The position numbers were made by a program, and so were the translations under genes. From Takakia lepidozioides (lineage: Eukaryota; Plantae; Bryophyta): a stretch of 64,000 nt of DNA. Within the stretch, counting starts at the first letter, position 1; every line of letters starts with the position of its first letter. Under the pieces are notes generated by a model. It made no database searches, was not told the origin of the DNA, and saw only the letters and a list, made by a program, of their open reading frames with translations. The stretch is taken from assembly GCA_030704615.1 (NCBI GenBank), contig CM060731.1, forward strand, positions 95,294,001 to 95,358,000, read 5' to 3'. Shown piece after piece: positions 28,095 to 41,881 of the stretch.

Positions 28095-28993
28095 CACACC
28101 CCTACCAACAGGGAGTCGATGTCCTCATCGACTTGTCCATTTTGTAGAAACGAACATCCAATTTGTGGCGTCCCACATCAAGGAGTTTGTTTCCGTACCA
28201 TGGCGTCCCTTGGCAAAGAACCAAACCCCACACTTGACTCTACTCTCCACTAGCTAGTTCGGCCGACTTCCAGTCCCGGCCAAGGGTGGAGCCTCTCAAG
28301 CTCCTCCCAGTGCACTCTTCTTGGCCTACTTCAAGGCCAGGAACGATCCTCCCCGAGGATCGAATCGCCTTACTGCAACATCATTGCTTGCAATCGCTCA
28401 TGATGCCACTTTTGGCATCACCTTGAGCAAGGGTTCACCTGGAACCCTCTTTGACTAGGAAGATAACCTTGAACCAACCGTGCGCCCCAATCACTACAAT
28501 TGGGTCCGCCTTGGAATGCTGGCCTGAGGTACGGGAACACGCAGAAGCCGCACTACGACTTCGTCCCGAGGCTACACGATTATAGTACGTGAACGGAAGC
28601 ACGTAGCTTCCGCGTTAGCCCGCACTACAAGGCAACCCCCTCGGTAGCGCAGTTATAGTACGCGCACGCGCCAGGTGCGCACTAGCACGTGAACTCCCAA
28701 AGAAGGCGCAAGTTTCCTTGCCCCTTGGATGGGGTCACCCGATTTCGGCACTACGCAAACACCGATTACCCAATTCACCTCTCCCACTTTTATAAGCTAG
28801 CATGCATTCTACACACTAGCCAACCATACCATGCATCACCATTCCAAACAAAATAGGACGCACAACATTTGGAACCCATTTCCTTTATAACAAATTTTTT
28901 GTACAATACAAGTTTTTGTAATCGGATTCCTAAGCTAGCTAAGCCGGGCTAAGCATGCATTTCCTCCCCCACGCTCCAAGGTTGATGTCCCCA

Positions 28994-31900
28994 TCAACGC
29001 TTCTTTCCTTTTTGAGGTCGCCCTTCGAAAGCTGCAACCGCCTCGGATGCGTTTCCCATTTCTGAGGCACGCACCCAAGATGCCTCCACATGATGATAGC
29101 CCTTCCATTTGACGAGATACTCCGTTTCTCGTTTCCTGAACCTCCTCGACTTAAGTATTGCCTCCACCTCGTACTCAGGTTCATTTTCATGATCCAACAG
29201 CATAGTTGGTGGACGCAACACTTGATGCCGATTCGGACACGCTTCATCTTTGAAATAAGGCTTCAAAAGGGAGACATGGAATATTGGGTGCACCTTGTTG
29301 TTTTCCGACAGCTCCAATTCATACACATCTTCATTCATAACCTTCCGAATGCAAAAGGGTCCCGCATACGGAGGTACGAACTTCGGACTCACTTTCGGAG
29401 GTAGTCGGAAATTCTTGATGTTCAACCAGACCTCTGTACCTGCCTCAAACTTCACTTCCCTCCGCTTCCGATTCGCCTGCCTTTCATACCGTTTCCTAGC
29501 TTGGCAATGTTGTACTTTGCGAGCTTCAACAAACGCTCGCGTTCTTCCAGTACCGCGCCTTCTACTGCCGGTTCCTCAACATCCTGGGCGGCCCAACTTG
29601 TCGGCACCAAAGGTGCTTTTCCATAGACCAATACGAAAGGGGAAACTCCCGTTGCGGAGTGTTCTGTGTTATTATAACAGAACTCTGCCGCGTCTAAGTG
29701 TTCCACCCAGTCTGTTTGGTCTGTCGACACGTAATTCCGCAAGATCAGCTTCACTACGGAATTCACTCTTTTTGTTTGGCCGTCGGTCGTAGGTCGGAAG
29801 GCGGTGCTCATCTTCAGCCTCGTCCCCATCTTCTTCCAAAGTGCCCTCCAAAATTTACTCGTAAACTTTGGATCGCGGTCCGCGACAATATCCTTCGGGA
29901 CTCCATGATGTCTTAAGACGTGGGCGAAGTAAAGTTGCCCTGTCTCCTGCACCGTTGTCGTCTCCTTGGTGGGGATGAAATGTCCCATTTTACTGAACCT
30001 ATCCACCGCCACCATGATGCATCGAATCGAATCCTTTGACAGCGGCATAGCAGTCATGAAATCCATCGAGACGCTTTCCCAAATCCCCTCTGGAATTGGC
30101 AAGGGTTGTAACAGCCCCGCTTGCTTTTTGTACTCGCTCCGATTTTGTTGGCATGTGGTGCATGTCTTGACATACTCCTCTGCCTCTCCCTCAGTTTGGG
30201 CCAGAAATACTCTTTCTTCAGGAGTGCCGCAGTGCGCTTGGCTCCGCCATGGCCCGCAAGCGGGCTATCATGGCATTCTCTCAAGAGGCTATCTCTGATC
30301 CCTCCCTTCGGCACGTAGAGACGTTTTTGCTTATACCGGAGCAGTCCATTTTGCAAGTGGAACTGCGATTTAACCCCCATCCTCAAGTCCTGCATCACGG
30401 ACTCGCCAGCTCATCCTTCCGCAAGCCTTCCGATCTCTTCCTTTGGAGCGCCGTCTCTCGCCCTGTACACCAACAGGAGCTGCTGCTTTCTACTTAAAGC
30501 ATCGGCCACCACATTGTCCCGTCCCGGTTTGTACTGGATATCCACGTCGAACACCGCCAAAGTATCTTGCCACCTAAGTTGTTTTGGGGACAACTTGGGC
30601 TGCGTGGCAAAATACTTCACCGTGACATTGTCCGTGAACACCTTCACTGGGTTGGAACCAACATAGTGGCGCCAAAGCTCAAGGCAATGCACCACCGCCT
30701 TCATCTCTTTTTCGTGCGTCGGCCACCGTCGCTCCACTTCATCATTCAGTTTCTTACTTTCGTAAGCCACTGGACGTCCATCTTGCATAAGTACACCCCC
30801 AATCGCGAAGTCCGACGCATCTATATGAATCTCAAATTGACGATCGAACTCCGGGATTTTCAAGACTGGAGCTTCCGCCATCCGCTGCTTCAATTCAGCA
30901 AAAGCTTGGCCACAAAATGTGTTCCATACCCAGACTTTGGATTTACACAGAAGGTCCGACAGCGGCCCCGCGATCTTGGCAAATTTTCTCACATACTTCC
31001 GGTAATAGGAGGCGAGTCCTAGGAAGGATCGCACTCCCGGGACCGAAGTCGGAGGCTCCCAGTCCAAGATCGCCCTCATCTTTCTGTCATCCATTTTGAT
31101 CCCATCCTGTGTAATCACATGCCCCAGGAACTCCACTTTTGTGACCCCGAATTCGCACTTTGAAGCTTGGCATACAGCTTCCCTCCCGCAACTTTTGGAA
31201 CACCCTTTTGAGGTGCTCCAGGTGCTCCTCCTTTGTTTTCGAGTACACCAAGATGTCGTCGATGTACACGATCACAAAGTCATCCAACCACTCCTGAAAA
31301 AGGCTGTTCATCAGCGTGCTAAATGTCGCGGGTGCATTGGTGGTGAGCCCAAAAGGCATCACCAAGAACTCATATGAACATATACCTTGTCCTGCACGCG
31401 GTCTTCTCCTCATCTCCTTCCGCCACCCGAATTTGATGATAGCCGGACGCAAGTCGATCCGGCTGAAATACTTCGCTCCTGCCAACCGATCGAAAGGTCG
31501 TCGATCCTTGGCAAGGGTACCGTTTTTTAATAGTCACCTTATTCAAAGCCCTGTAATCGACACACATCCGCAGCGTCCCCTTCTCCTTCTTGTTGCGAAT
31601 AGCACCGGGGCTCCGTAAGGTGACTTACTCGGCCGGATGTACCCCTTTGACATTAGATCCTTGAGCTGAGTCTTCAGCTCGACCAACTCTCTGTGGCTCA
31701 ACCGGTAGGGTGCCTTGGCAGGCGGTTTCCGATCCCGGTATCACCTCAATCTTGTGGTCACTCCTCTTCTGCGGTGGCAAGCCGCTTGGTAAATCCTCCG
31801 GCATCACATCCTGGTATTTCTCCAAAATCCCTTGATCCAATCTGGGCTCGGCTCCCCATCGCCTTCTCCCCTTCACTTCTCTAATGTAAAGCAAAAACTG

Positions 31901-33555
31901 GGCTCGTGTGCCTCCTCCACGGCCCACTCCTTGCTGACAGAAGGTTTATTCGCCCTCCCACGGATTTGGGCGTTTCCGACACTCGTAAGAACCTCGCCAC
32001 CATTCCCACATGGCAGCGTGACTACTTCTCTTGCGCGCCATCTATGACCGCTCCGGATTTGCTCAAAAAGGTCATCCCCAAAATGAGATCTACTCCATCG
32101 ATCTCGCAGATGGTGAAGTTCTCACGTCCCTCCCAACTCCCCAGTTGAAGAGGAACATCAACGCCAACCTTGTCGCCAACTGTGGTTCTCCTTTGGCAGA
32201 ACGCAACCTCAATAGAGGCCCCCACGTCACTTGTCGGGAGTCCCAGCTTTTGTGCCGTTGCCGCGTCATGAAGGAGTGCGACGCTCCTGTGTCCACCAAC
32301 AACGACACATTAGTTCGGATATTATCCCATCCACGAACAATAACTGACTCCCTTTATCAGGGCGCCAGTTTCCTGATACAACTCACAAGAAAATTTGCCT
32401 ACCTTGCAAGTCCTGGCGACCACCGCTTCCACCAAGCGACTGATGGTATCTTCTTCGACAGCTCCGTGGTCGCCCGAGTCATGTTCAATTGTCGGGGCTT
32501 TCGTGCACTTCTTGGCCATGTGCCGGGCTCCCCGCAATTGAAAACACACTCCATCAAAGGTCGCCTTCTGTCCGCCATAAGCCGCTCCCCCCGCTTTTTC
32601 CTTTCGAAGCACCGGGTGCCGCCTTGACCTTCGATTTCCTTCCCACGTGCCATTGTCGCCGCGTGGCCTATCCCACTTCTTTTCCCGGTCGGAAGGAGTC
32701 ACCTTCCCGCCGGTTTCTTCTTGTGGTTCAGCTCCGTACGGCCTTGTCTCTCACCCTAGGGACATCCGAGAAACATTCAGCCCTCTCAATTGCCTCGTTC
32801 AAAGTCTTGGGTGGCTTCTCCTCCAACTTCCGCCTGGCCCATGGGCCAGTCCCGCCACAAAGTTGAAGACCATTTCTGGTTCTCTCCATGTCCGCGACTT
32901 CGAGCAACAGCACATTGAAAGCCTGGACATACCCCCGAATGTCATCTGTTTGCTTCAAATTCCTCATCTTGTCCCGGGCAAGCCAGGACGCGTTGAGGGG
33001 CACAAACTGTCTCTTCATCAATTCCTTGAACCCACTCCAGTTCAAGTTTTCCGGGCTTGGGCCTCGGTCGTGAAGGCGTTTCTGCCACCATTGTTGAGCA
33101 TAGCCCCTCAAATAGGTGGGCCCACTTCCACCCGATCCTCGTCACTCAACTTGGCCGCCCGGAAGTACTGCTCTAGCTCCAAGCCAGGTGTTGAGTGCCT
33201 TCCGATTTCGGACGCCCTCGAAGGTGCCGGGTTCCTTAGGCTTCACCTTAAACTTTGCCTTAGTGGAAGTGGCATTAGCCGCCTTCAACACGTCTTTCAA
33301 CGTCCCGCCAAACTGCGCCAACAACCCTTCCCAAAAGGCTGCCGGCATGGGAGGCATCTGTTGGTTTGTCGGAGCTCTCACGGATTCCTCGGGCTCCGAC
33401 TCCTCGGATTCCTCCGCTCTTGAGCGGCCTCGCTTTTCAGAAACCTGCATCGCTTCCTCAAACGGCCGCCTCGGTGACACGTCGCCCCCATCGGGCTCAC
33501 CAGGATCATCATCTTTTGGGCCGTTCCGCTTTCGCTTTGGCTTGCCCGACCCCAT
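28994..33555 (-). pseudogene. gag-pol of A3 including GPF motif and chromodomain (frameshifts may be sequencing errors)
   Basis: LVDTGASHSF, VYIDD, KFVPPYAGPF, EYEVEAILKSR..EYLVKWKGY..ASW. Confidence 0.92.
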
Positions 33556-33610
33556 GATGAGGCCAATCCCAAGGACGATCGCGTACTGAACTCTAAGCTC
33601 TGATACCAAG

Positions 33611-34335
33611 TGTCGCGCACCTCACTTCGGTAAGCTCCCCTTCAAGTCATAGTTACTCGCTTTGATGCGCGCGCCTGACTCCCAACCTGGCCGCCCGGGC
33701 CAACTTGGAGCTTCGGCTGCTCACCGGGACATAACGGTCCCCCTTCGCTTCCCCCTAAACCCTCCACCTATTTGGGACTAGGAGAATTCCCTTTGGTAGA
33801 TGGCAGTCCGGAACAGCTCCCACTCTTTGGTCGCTTTCCGGCTCGCTCGCTTACTCACTAGTTTTTGGTCACCAACGGGCTTGCACCGTTCTCGGGGCAC
33901 TACTCCCTTATATATACTTCTGTAGCTGTCCGCGGGGTTTCACAACCAGCCATGCCATTTTATGGCGAACCACCACGAAAACCCTCGACTCCCGGTGATG
34001 AGTCGCGGTGAGTCTTGGCCCACTCACCACGGCCCCTATGGACCGTGATGAGTCCCAAGACTCCCCACGACTCCCACCACGAGGTCTCCGCCCCCATGGT
34101 GAGTCCTATGCCACCCCCACTAAGTCCCGCTAAGCTACCACCACCCCTTGTGGAGCCACCCCCCCGCACCCGGTGTGCGGGGCTCCACCTAGTGAGCGCC
34201 TCCGCTTCCCTGAGTGCCTTGGGCACTCAAGGGTGCTTCAGCCCCCCATACCTATCGCTGCCGCCGCTGCCCCCACCACAGGGGCAGCCCCTCATGTGTC
34301 CCGACCCCCTGCCCTCAAGGCAAAGGGCCGCGACA
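33611..34335 (-). repeat. 5' LTR of A3
   Basis: Adjacent to the PBS; TG..CA termini. Confidence 0.95.
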
Positions 34336-34669
34336 ATGTCGTCGTGCCAGACGGACTTAGATATATCTTATAAAAACTTCTGTCACATATGTGTGTATTT
34401 TTTTCCATGGGATAGCCATGTTTCAGTTTAGGTACAATGCATACGTGTACGGAAATAAAATGGTGGATATGTACCCAAGAAGGGTTTGGTGGTTGTGCTT
34501 TGTGTTTGTTTTGTCATTACCTTTACATTGTTGTTTCTCTTATGGTTTTCGAAAGCCACAAAGGCCATGGTGCATCTCCCACATTTATCTTCCCCTTCAC
34601 AAATCCAATGGGGCGTCGATACTGTGCTTTCATCTGCCTTTCCAACATACATAAAAGGTGCAAGGGGAC

Positions 34670-35655
34670 CAACCTTCCTGGTGGTCGCACCTATTTTAAA
34701 AAAAACAATTGTGTGACCACCATTAGCGGTCGTCGCAACTGTTAAAAATAAAATAAACTGTTGCGACCACCCCCTGCTGGTAGTCGCACCTATTTACTGA
34801 TTTACTGATTTACTGATTACCCCTGCTGGTGGTCGCAGATTTTATTTTATTTATTTTATTTATTTTTTGGGCAACACCTGGGAGCGATAGCTCACAAATC
34901 AGGCCCTTAAGTAGTGAGAGGAGAAAATAACCTCTTTCATTATGCACCAAGAAGGCGAGGAAATAGGGCACCACAACACGAACCAACCACAACCCATCAA
35001 GTAGCAAGATTTCACCCAGAATCGTTCGGGTCGCACTCAGTGCACTGTTGGTAGATATTAAAAAATCGGAATTATGCGACCACCCCCCCTGCTGGTGGTC
35101 GCATCTATTAAAGAAGGAAATAGTGCGACCACCAGCAGGTGGTGGTCGCACCTATTTGTTTTAAACAAAATTTCTACGACCACCCCTCTGCTGGTGGTCG
35201 CACCTATTTGTTAAAAAAAAAAATTCTACGACCACCTCCCTGCTGGTGGTCGCGCCTATTAAAAATAAAAAAATCTGCGACCACCTCCCTGCTGGTGGTC
35301 GCACCTATTAAAAATAAAAAAATCTGCGACCACCCCCCTGTGGTGGTCGCACCCATTAAAAAAAATAAACAAATCTGCGACCACCCCCCTGTTTGTGGTT
35401 GCACCCATTAAAAAAATAAACAAATCTGCGACCACCCCCCTGCTGGTGGTCGCACCCATTAAAAAATATAAAAATCTGTGACCACCCCCCTGCTGGTGGT
35501 CGCACCTATTAAAAAAATAAAAATTTTGCGACCACCCCCTGCTGGTGGTCGCACCTATTAAAAAAAATAAAAATTTCTGCGACCACCCCCCTGCTGGTGG
35601 TCACACATAATAAAGAAAAATAAAATAAAAAATGCGACCATCCCTGCTGGCGGTT
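34670..35655. repeat. TGCGACCACC...GGTGGTCGCA hairpin array, opposite orientation to 23495-24050
   Basis: Unit starts at 35227, 35276, 35325, 35376, 35426, 35476, 35527, 35578 (49-51-bp period). Confidence 0.92.
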
Positions 35656-36086
35656 GCAGCTATTACTAGCGTGCGTAGTCATGATGACAGCGCGCGCCCC
35701 GAGTATGGAGGGGGGGCTTATAAGGCCTTGGAGGCTATTCTCTCCCTCACTTTTCTCCACATCAGGAATTGGTGGGCGATGGGATGTTGCATTCCTTGTC
35801 ATTGAGTCCAAGTGGAGAGGGGTGCTATTGGTTGGGTGGGGGGTATTTTGGGCCGTTGGATTCTACAAAATCGATGCTGAGTACCTCCCGGGAAGCCCTC
35901 CTCTAGCACCCATGTTTTTTTCATTGCACATTGCGTCATATCACTTAGAACTGTCGAGGAAGTGACACGTGCCTCTAGTACTTGGGGAGGATTCATTAGG
36001 GAGTAGGATTAGGTACGATTTAGGAGGGTTGGGAGAGCATTTTTCTTAGCAAACACCTGTCGAGTAGGGGTAAGCCAGAGCCATAA

Positions 36087-38430
36087 ATGGCGGAGGATGA
36101 AGATAGAGGAGGTCATCCCAGGGATGACGATAATGAACCTGGACCTCCCAAGAAAAACCAAAGGGTCAGGCGCGAACTTCGTTGGGACATATACAATGAC
36201 CCCAACATTCTTGCGGAACCAGGTTGGGAAGTTTGGAAGTTACTGCAGCGGTGGTCACTTGGTGACTGCAGGAAATTTGTGGACTGGTGTAACATAAATC
36301 GTTTGTGGCCCAGAGATAGGCATGATCCACAAACCAAACAAAATCAAGCTAGCTTGCATTCCTGCGCCAACCCGCGTTTCCGCCACAGGGCAGAGGAGGT
36401 ACATACAACATTGTGGGGTCAACCGCTCGTCAACAAAATGTCCCGTATTTATTTGCGGCCATGTTGTACACAGAGTTGATTTTATTGCGACTGGTGGATT
36501 AGCAAACTGCCACTGCGAGACAGCGTACTAGACTATACATGTTCTCTGATATCCCAGACTTGTATATACGTCAAGGGCAGGACATGATACGGTTCGATGG
36601 AAACGACGAGGTGGAAGAAGGAGGAAAGGCGGATGGAAACGACGATGTGGAAGAAGGAGGAAATGCAGACCAACCTCCAGATTATACGCCGCAACAGGTC
36701 TCCGCAGCCAGGCCTTCAACGTCTGAGGTGGAGGGGGGCGAGGTATGCTCTCCGTTGGAGGAACAGTTGGCCGCACATGAACAGCACATCAAAGACCTGC
36801 AGGACATTGTTCATTTGCAACGGTGGCAAATAGCGAAGTTGCTGGAAAGAATGGGGTTGGGGACTCTCGACAGCGTACACGGTGTGCTTCAGGACCCGAG
36901 GCCAATCACCAACGAGCAAGACATATTGGCGTGTTTGAATTGCCACCAATGGACATTGACCGCGTCATCGACGGGGTTGACTCAATCGGGCATGGGAATG
37001 AAGTGCAAACGTCTGAACTGGACCCGGCAAGGGTTGAGGAAAAAAGACTTGCGGCGGAGAGGGCAAGAAAAGGGAAGGACCCCACAGTGGAAACTGGGGA
37101 ATGTTCAGCCGTGCAAATTACATCGGCAGAAGAACAGGAATTAGAGCAGCTTGTGGGGGAACGCGAGCAAGCTAGGGCTGTTGCATATTGGTACTCAAAT
37201 GCCATGCAAATCCGATCGTGGCCATGATTGAAGGGGAATTGGCGGAATTGGGTGACATGGGCGGGCCATCTAGCATCGCGGGAAACACGAATAGAAGAGG
37301 CGTTGTCCTCCCTCCAACGTGCAGCACGTTTGTCGAATCGAAGCATAGATAGCATCTATGCTAATTTGCAAAGGCACGACACTGTGCATGATGTATTCAC
37401 GTCGAAGTACACTGGATTCACCACATGGGGTGATGTGGATGCCATGTTTGAGCACTGTGTGCATACAATTTCCGATACCAATAACAGCATAAACTGGAAT
37501 TTGGAAGTAGAGGAGGAGTGGGATACCAGGCCGAGGATGTCATCCTACATTCATGAGGATAAACGGACGTGGATACCACAGAGCAATCCAGCGTCATGGG
37601 TAACAGATGGTACGGTGTGCACAATGTGCCTAAACCCTCATGTGGCCATTTGTTTCATCCCGCATGTCTCATATCGGCAGCCATGCGAGCCAGCCAATGC
37701 CCTGACTGCCGTGGACCAATCCATCAACGTTTCTACGAGTTGTTTGGGTTGCAAGACAATATGCCCACGGGATACGAGTACAACCGGTACAACATGCCAT
37801 TGGATGTATCGCCTTACGATTTTTTAAATTGGCAGCACTGGGGGGAGACAATGACATGGGATGCTCCAAGAGAGATGCACGCCTTGGATGCGAAGACGTT
37901 AACTAGGGTTAAAGATCCGGTGACCTCTTGGGTGACATCCAACTGGGAAACAACCGTGCGTGCTAGAGGCATACAGGACCCAGTCCAAAGGGAGTTTTTT
38001 TGCCGGAACTTGGGAGGGCATTGGAGCTGTACCAGACAAAGATTCTACCGACTGCCTGAGGATCCATGGGTGCCAGCGAAAAAGAACCCATACAATCGCG
38101 AACCGATTGGGAGAGACCTATTTCTGAGGGAGTTGGAGGCCGCTAGCATCCGTTGGGAGGATATGAATGAGACGTAGTGGGTGCCTTGACGGGATGAAGG
38201 GCCATTTCTTCCAGAGTTGCGCAGAGACCCCCAGCAGGAGGAGGTGTTGGACAATTTCAAGGCTGCCATCACGAGTGTTGTAAAGTATTGGCAGAACACA
38301 TGGCGTGACCAAATTGCCCCTATTCCAGGGGTGTTCTTGCCACTTCCAAACATATCGGATTTAATTGAAAAATTGCATGCCGCCGTAGCAAGATCGACAC
38401 AATGTGGAAGAGAGTCAGCACTCTCCTAGA
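36087..38430 (+). pseudogene. Unknown frameshifted gene with acidic/coiled-coil region and RING-H2-like finger
   Basis: Chain of same-strand ORFs; CTMC..CGHLFHPAC..QCPDCR at ~37618-37710; TATAAGG at ~35719. Confidence 0.65.
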
Positions 38431-38501
38431 ACGCTACGCATGATGGCAAGGGTGGACCACACAACACTGGGTCCCTCTTTGACCACTCGAGCCCAAGCTC
38501 G

Positions 38502-38582
38502 CGCCTTGGAATGCTGGCCTGAGGTACGGGAACACGCCGAAGCCGCACTACGACTTCGTCCCGAGGCAACGGAGGCACGTAG
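38502..38582 (-). mobile_element. Chromovirus 3'-region fragment (left part of the MULE target)
   Basis: Matches A3 at ~28507-28610 and continues at 53526. Confidence 0.85.
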
Positions 38583-38631
38583 GGGGGCTGCTATTTCATG
38601 AGCCATGAGCCATGAGCGGCATGAGCCATGA
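38583..38631 (+). repeat. Left TIR with CATGAGC repeats
   Basis: Inverted match to 53460-53525. Confidence 0.9.
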
Positions 38632-39043
38632 ACAGAGTCGTAAGTGTGAAAAAAAACATGAGCAGACTATTTTCCGGAAATATGTGTCCGCGGGAATAGG
38701 GTTAAGGGTGCCACGGTCATAGGGGGAGAAGGACCTCCCGATGAAGGAGGTTCGGCAATGTTTTTTAGAATTATATATTGAATGACAATGTTTTGCGAAT
38801 GGTAGGGTGGTACTGCTCTGTACAATGGGGGCCCATTTTAGCCTAACAGCCACTTGCAAAATCCTCCCACACTCCCAATCCCAAGCGAAATGAGCAATGA
38901 CGCATTCTGGGAACGATGGACACAGAATAGAATAAAAAGAGGGCACAATGAGGTTTTTATTGATCCACATGAATTGAATTTGAAGCACGTCTACTGTGCT
39001 GATTGTGCAAAGAAATCGTTAGCCCTGTGCCACTGAATACAAG

Positions 39044-39802
39044 TCACGTTGTCAATGGGACTTCGACTGCTCTCAGAATTAGCTCATGAGTCTTCGGGCT
39101 TCTCCAGGTAAAGTCGATTGCAGCCGTTGTACCGCCCCTGTTGATGTTCACCACAATGTCCTGCCCTTCAATCATACCACCATCGTATATGGAAAGCTTC
39201 ACGTTTTCGTCCTCCACACCAATGCGAATGTCCCCATACAATGGAGAAGATGAGCGCACTCCTTCAGGAGTATAAGTCTCTCCGATAGAGTCCACCCACG
39301 TCCACTGGCAGCAGTTCCACCGCAACAGCATAGCAGTGCGCATTCTCTCTGCATGGGTGCCCGTCATAGTTGGGAAAATCGGAATCAAGGATGCGCAGGA
39401 GCCCACGGACTCCTCAGACCAAGATCGTCACCCCCGCTTGAAGGCGTACTGGCTTGGGAGATACTCAAAAGCGGACAATGTTTCCACATTTGAACCAGTA
39501 TCTTCTGTGTAATCTGTGTACCAGATAACGATGTCTCCCGATGTGGCCGAATACATTGCATAATCGATGCCTCCATAAGGGCAGTCGTCCCGGTTCTGGA
39601 AGCACGGCATCCTTGCAAAGGAGGACCTGAGGAGGTCTTTGATGCCGATGACAATGACCTTGCGGACAGCAACGAAGCCCTTAGATTTTGGAAATGATGC
39701 GAAGCGGAAGAGCAGTCCGGGCTCAAATAATGGAGCATCTGGGTCCCACGCACCCACCGACGGAGGTGTAACGTGTTCATGACGCCCATACCTCTTTCTC
39801 AT
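39044..39802 (-). CDS. Unknown ~250-aa cargo protein, paralogue L (one apparent frameshift)
   Basis: ORFs 39428-39802 and 39044-39406; similar to paralogue R. Confidence 0.7.
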
Positions 39803-39942
39803 CCACGGGGTATAGGTTGAGATATGCCACCAAAGTCCATCCCCGAATGGAAATTCGGCGCCGCATTTACATCGAAGGGGGGATGGACTTTGTCATGTCG
39901 AGTGGCTATCGGCCCACCTGGCAGTCATTGCCCATAGTTTGC

Positions 39943-40723
39943 ATGGCAGGGTAGGAAACTGAAACGGCTACATTCATGGAGCAGCCAATCTTCATCCGTC
40001 CAGGATCCTGTAGGGGGGAAATTTAAATGTGCCCTGGAGTGTTTGTGAGGAATTGCAGCGTTAGCTTGAACTTTTTCCAGCCACCGCGCTGCTCCTCCTC
40101 CATCCGGAAGCTGCTGTCATTGAGCGTACTCCAGTACTCCAGTACTTTTCAAGGATGCCGTGCCACGGAACTCCAGCCGACTGCCCTTATCATGGCCACG
40201 ATTATGCTATGTTCAAACCAGAATCAGGAGACATCATTGTCTGGCTCTCTGTTTTCACAGACGCTGCTGGAATCAAGCAAGAGTCTTTGCGCGCAATGGA
40301 GTATTTGGAGGGCTATTACCGCTTTGAGCGAGGTGAGGGCGAGGGTCAATGCGGTCCGTGGGTCCTGACCTCGATATACCAAGCTGGAAAGGGATGCCGG
40401 ACAGATCACGCACGGCCTCGCTTTGGCGCTGGAACTGCTGCCAGTGGACCAGGGAGGACGGCACCGGGGAAAACTATATACGTGGAGATCACTCCGCTCT
40501 TCCAGTGTATGGAGACATTCGGCTGAGTTGCGAAGACGAATCGCACGAGCACATGAGGCCCACAGTGACCTTGTCAATGTATGATGGTGGTATCATTGAT
40601 GGACATGACATTGTCGTCAGCTCCAGCAAGGGCAGCAGAACGACCGAATTGCAGTTTACCTCGAGGTGCCGCAGTAGTAATGAGCTTGTTTTGAGGGGTA
40701 TCGAAGTTCCGTCGACTTGGTGA
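39943..40723 (+). CDS. Unknown ~250-aa cargo protein, paralogue R (frameshifted; start uncertain)
   Basis: Shares MPC....DCPY.G.DYAM....SGDI..W, RWNCCQWT..D..GE.Y, YGDIR, LS.YDGG.I.G.DIVV and EL.LR..EVP with L. Confidence 0.7.
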
Positions 40724-40959
40724 AGCCCATGTAGAAGGAGGAAGGGCTTAGTTTTGTCTGCAGTTGGTAAATGTGAGACATCGTGTCCGATCAATAAACC
40801 CATCGTACCTCACTTCTGTGTGATTGTGTTTCATTCTGTTGAATAACTGTCGAAATTGGCCCACTGTTTACAATTTGATGTCTCATTTCTACAATTTGTC
40901 TGTCCGGATGAATATACCAGAGTAACCGGTATGAGAGTCATGTGTCAAGAATATACCAG

Positions 40960-41745
40960 AGTAACGCCATGTCAGACATTGAAATGCGGCACCGCATTTC
41001 CATGTCGGACATTGGAATGCGGTGCCGCATTTCAATGCCGACATGGAAATGTATGAACCGCATTTCAGTGTCGGACAATGGAATGCGGTGCATCATTTCC
41101 GTCCATGTACACGAAATACCAACACGGGTCTATAAATTGGACAGACAACGAGGTGGCATTGCAAATGCGGCGACGCATTTCCAGCTTGGCAATGGAAACT
41201 TCTTTTGGACAAGGGAATGCGGTGCCGCATTTCCGTCCAACACTTTGAAAAGTGTGACATTTCCGACCAGCGCGATGGAATGCGTTACCGCATTTCCGTG
41301 AGAGGGTTTGCAAATGGACAAATTGCGATGTCCGTTCTGCAAATGCGGCGCCGCATTTCCATGTCCGTCATCGACTTTTTTTTGACAATGGAATGCGGTG
41401 CCAATTTTTGCTGATGGGCCAGCAGTTCGAACAACGACCATCCCCAATATGGAAATGCGGCACCGCATTTCCAATTCCGCCATCTCGACCTCCTTGTTTG
41501 ACCTCCTTGTTCGACCTCTGTAAGCGTGGTGGCATCCATGCAATGAGCGGGAGAGGCCAAATTGGCGTGTGGACAAAGGAAATTTGGAAATGCGGCACCG
41601 CATTTCCAATCGGCCGATTACTTTTTACTATGCCAACCATGAAATGGAAAATTTAGTCCCTCCCCTGTTTTGGAAATGCGGTGCCGCATTTCCAAAAGAG
41701 GTTTTTAGAGTTGCCAAAATTTTGGAAATGCGGTGCCCCATTTCT
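40960..41745. repeat. Loose cluster of GGAAATGCGGYRCCGCATTTCC palindromes between convergent genes
   Basis: More than ten copies visible. Confidence 0.9.
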
Positions 41746-41881
41746 GATTTTGGGAGCGTCGTGGTTTGGGCGATTGTGTGGCTGGAATGCACACTGGAGA
41801 GGGGTCACGAATGTCGGGGAGAATTTCCTTTATATACTCTGGAAGAGAATTTACATTTACAGAGACTTCATTAAAATTCTA

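Larger units (their letters stand above)
27362..34335 (-). mobile_element. Chromovirus copy A3, structurally full length (~6.97 kb)
   Basis: LTRs 27362-28094 and 33611-34335, PBS, all domains in order. Flanks ATCGT/ATGT are only an imperfect TSD. Confidence 0.95.
23267..38500 (+). mobile_element. Putative large hAT element (left end at the RT breakpoint; right end not found)
   Basis: Gypsy RT breaks at ~23266 into CCGGAGTTGCACACGTCAG.... The same palindrome family lies on both sides of the transposase. Including the RING gene is an inference. Confidence 0.5.
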
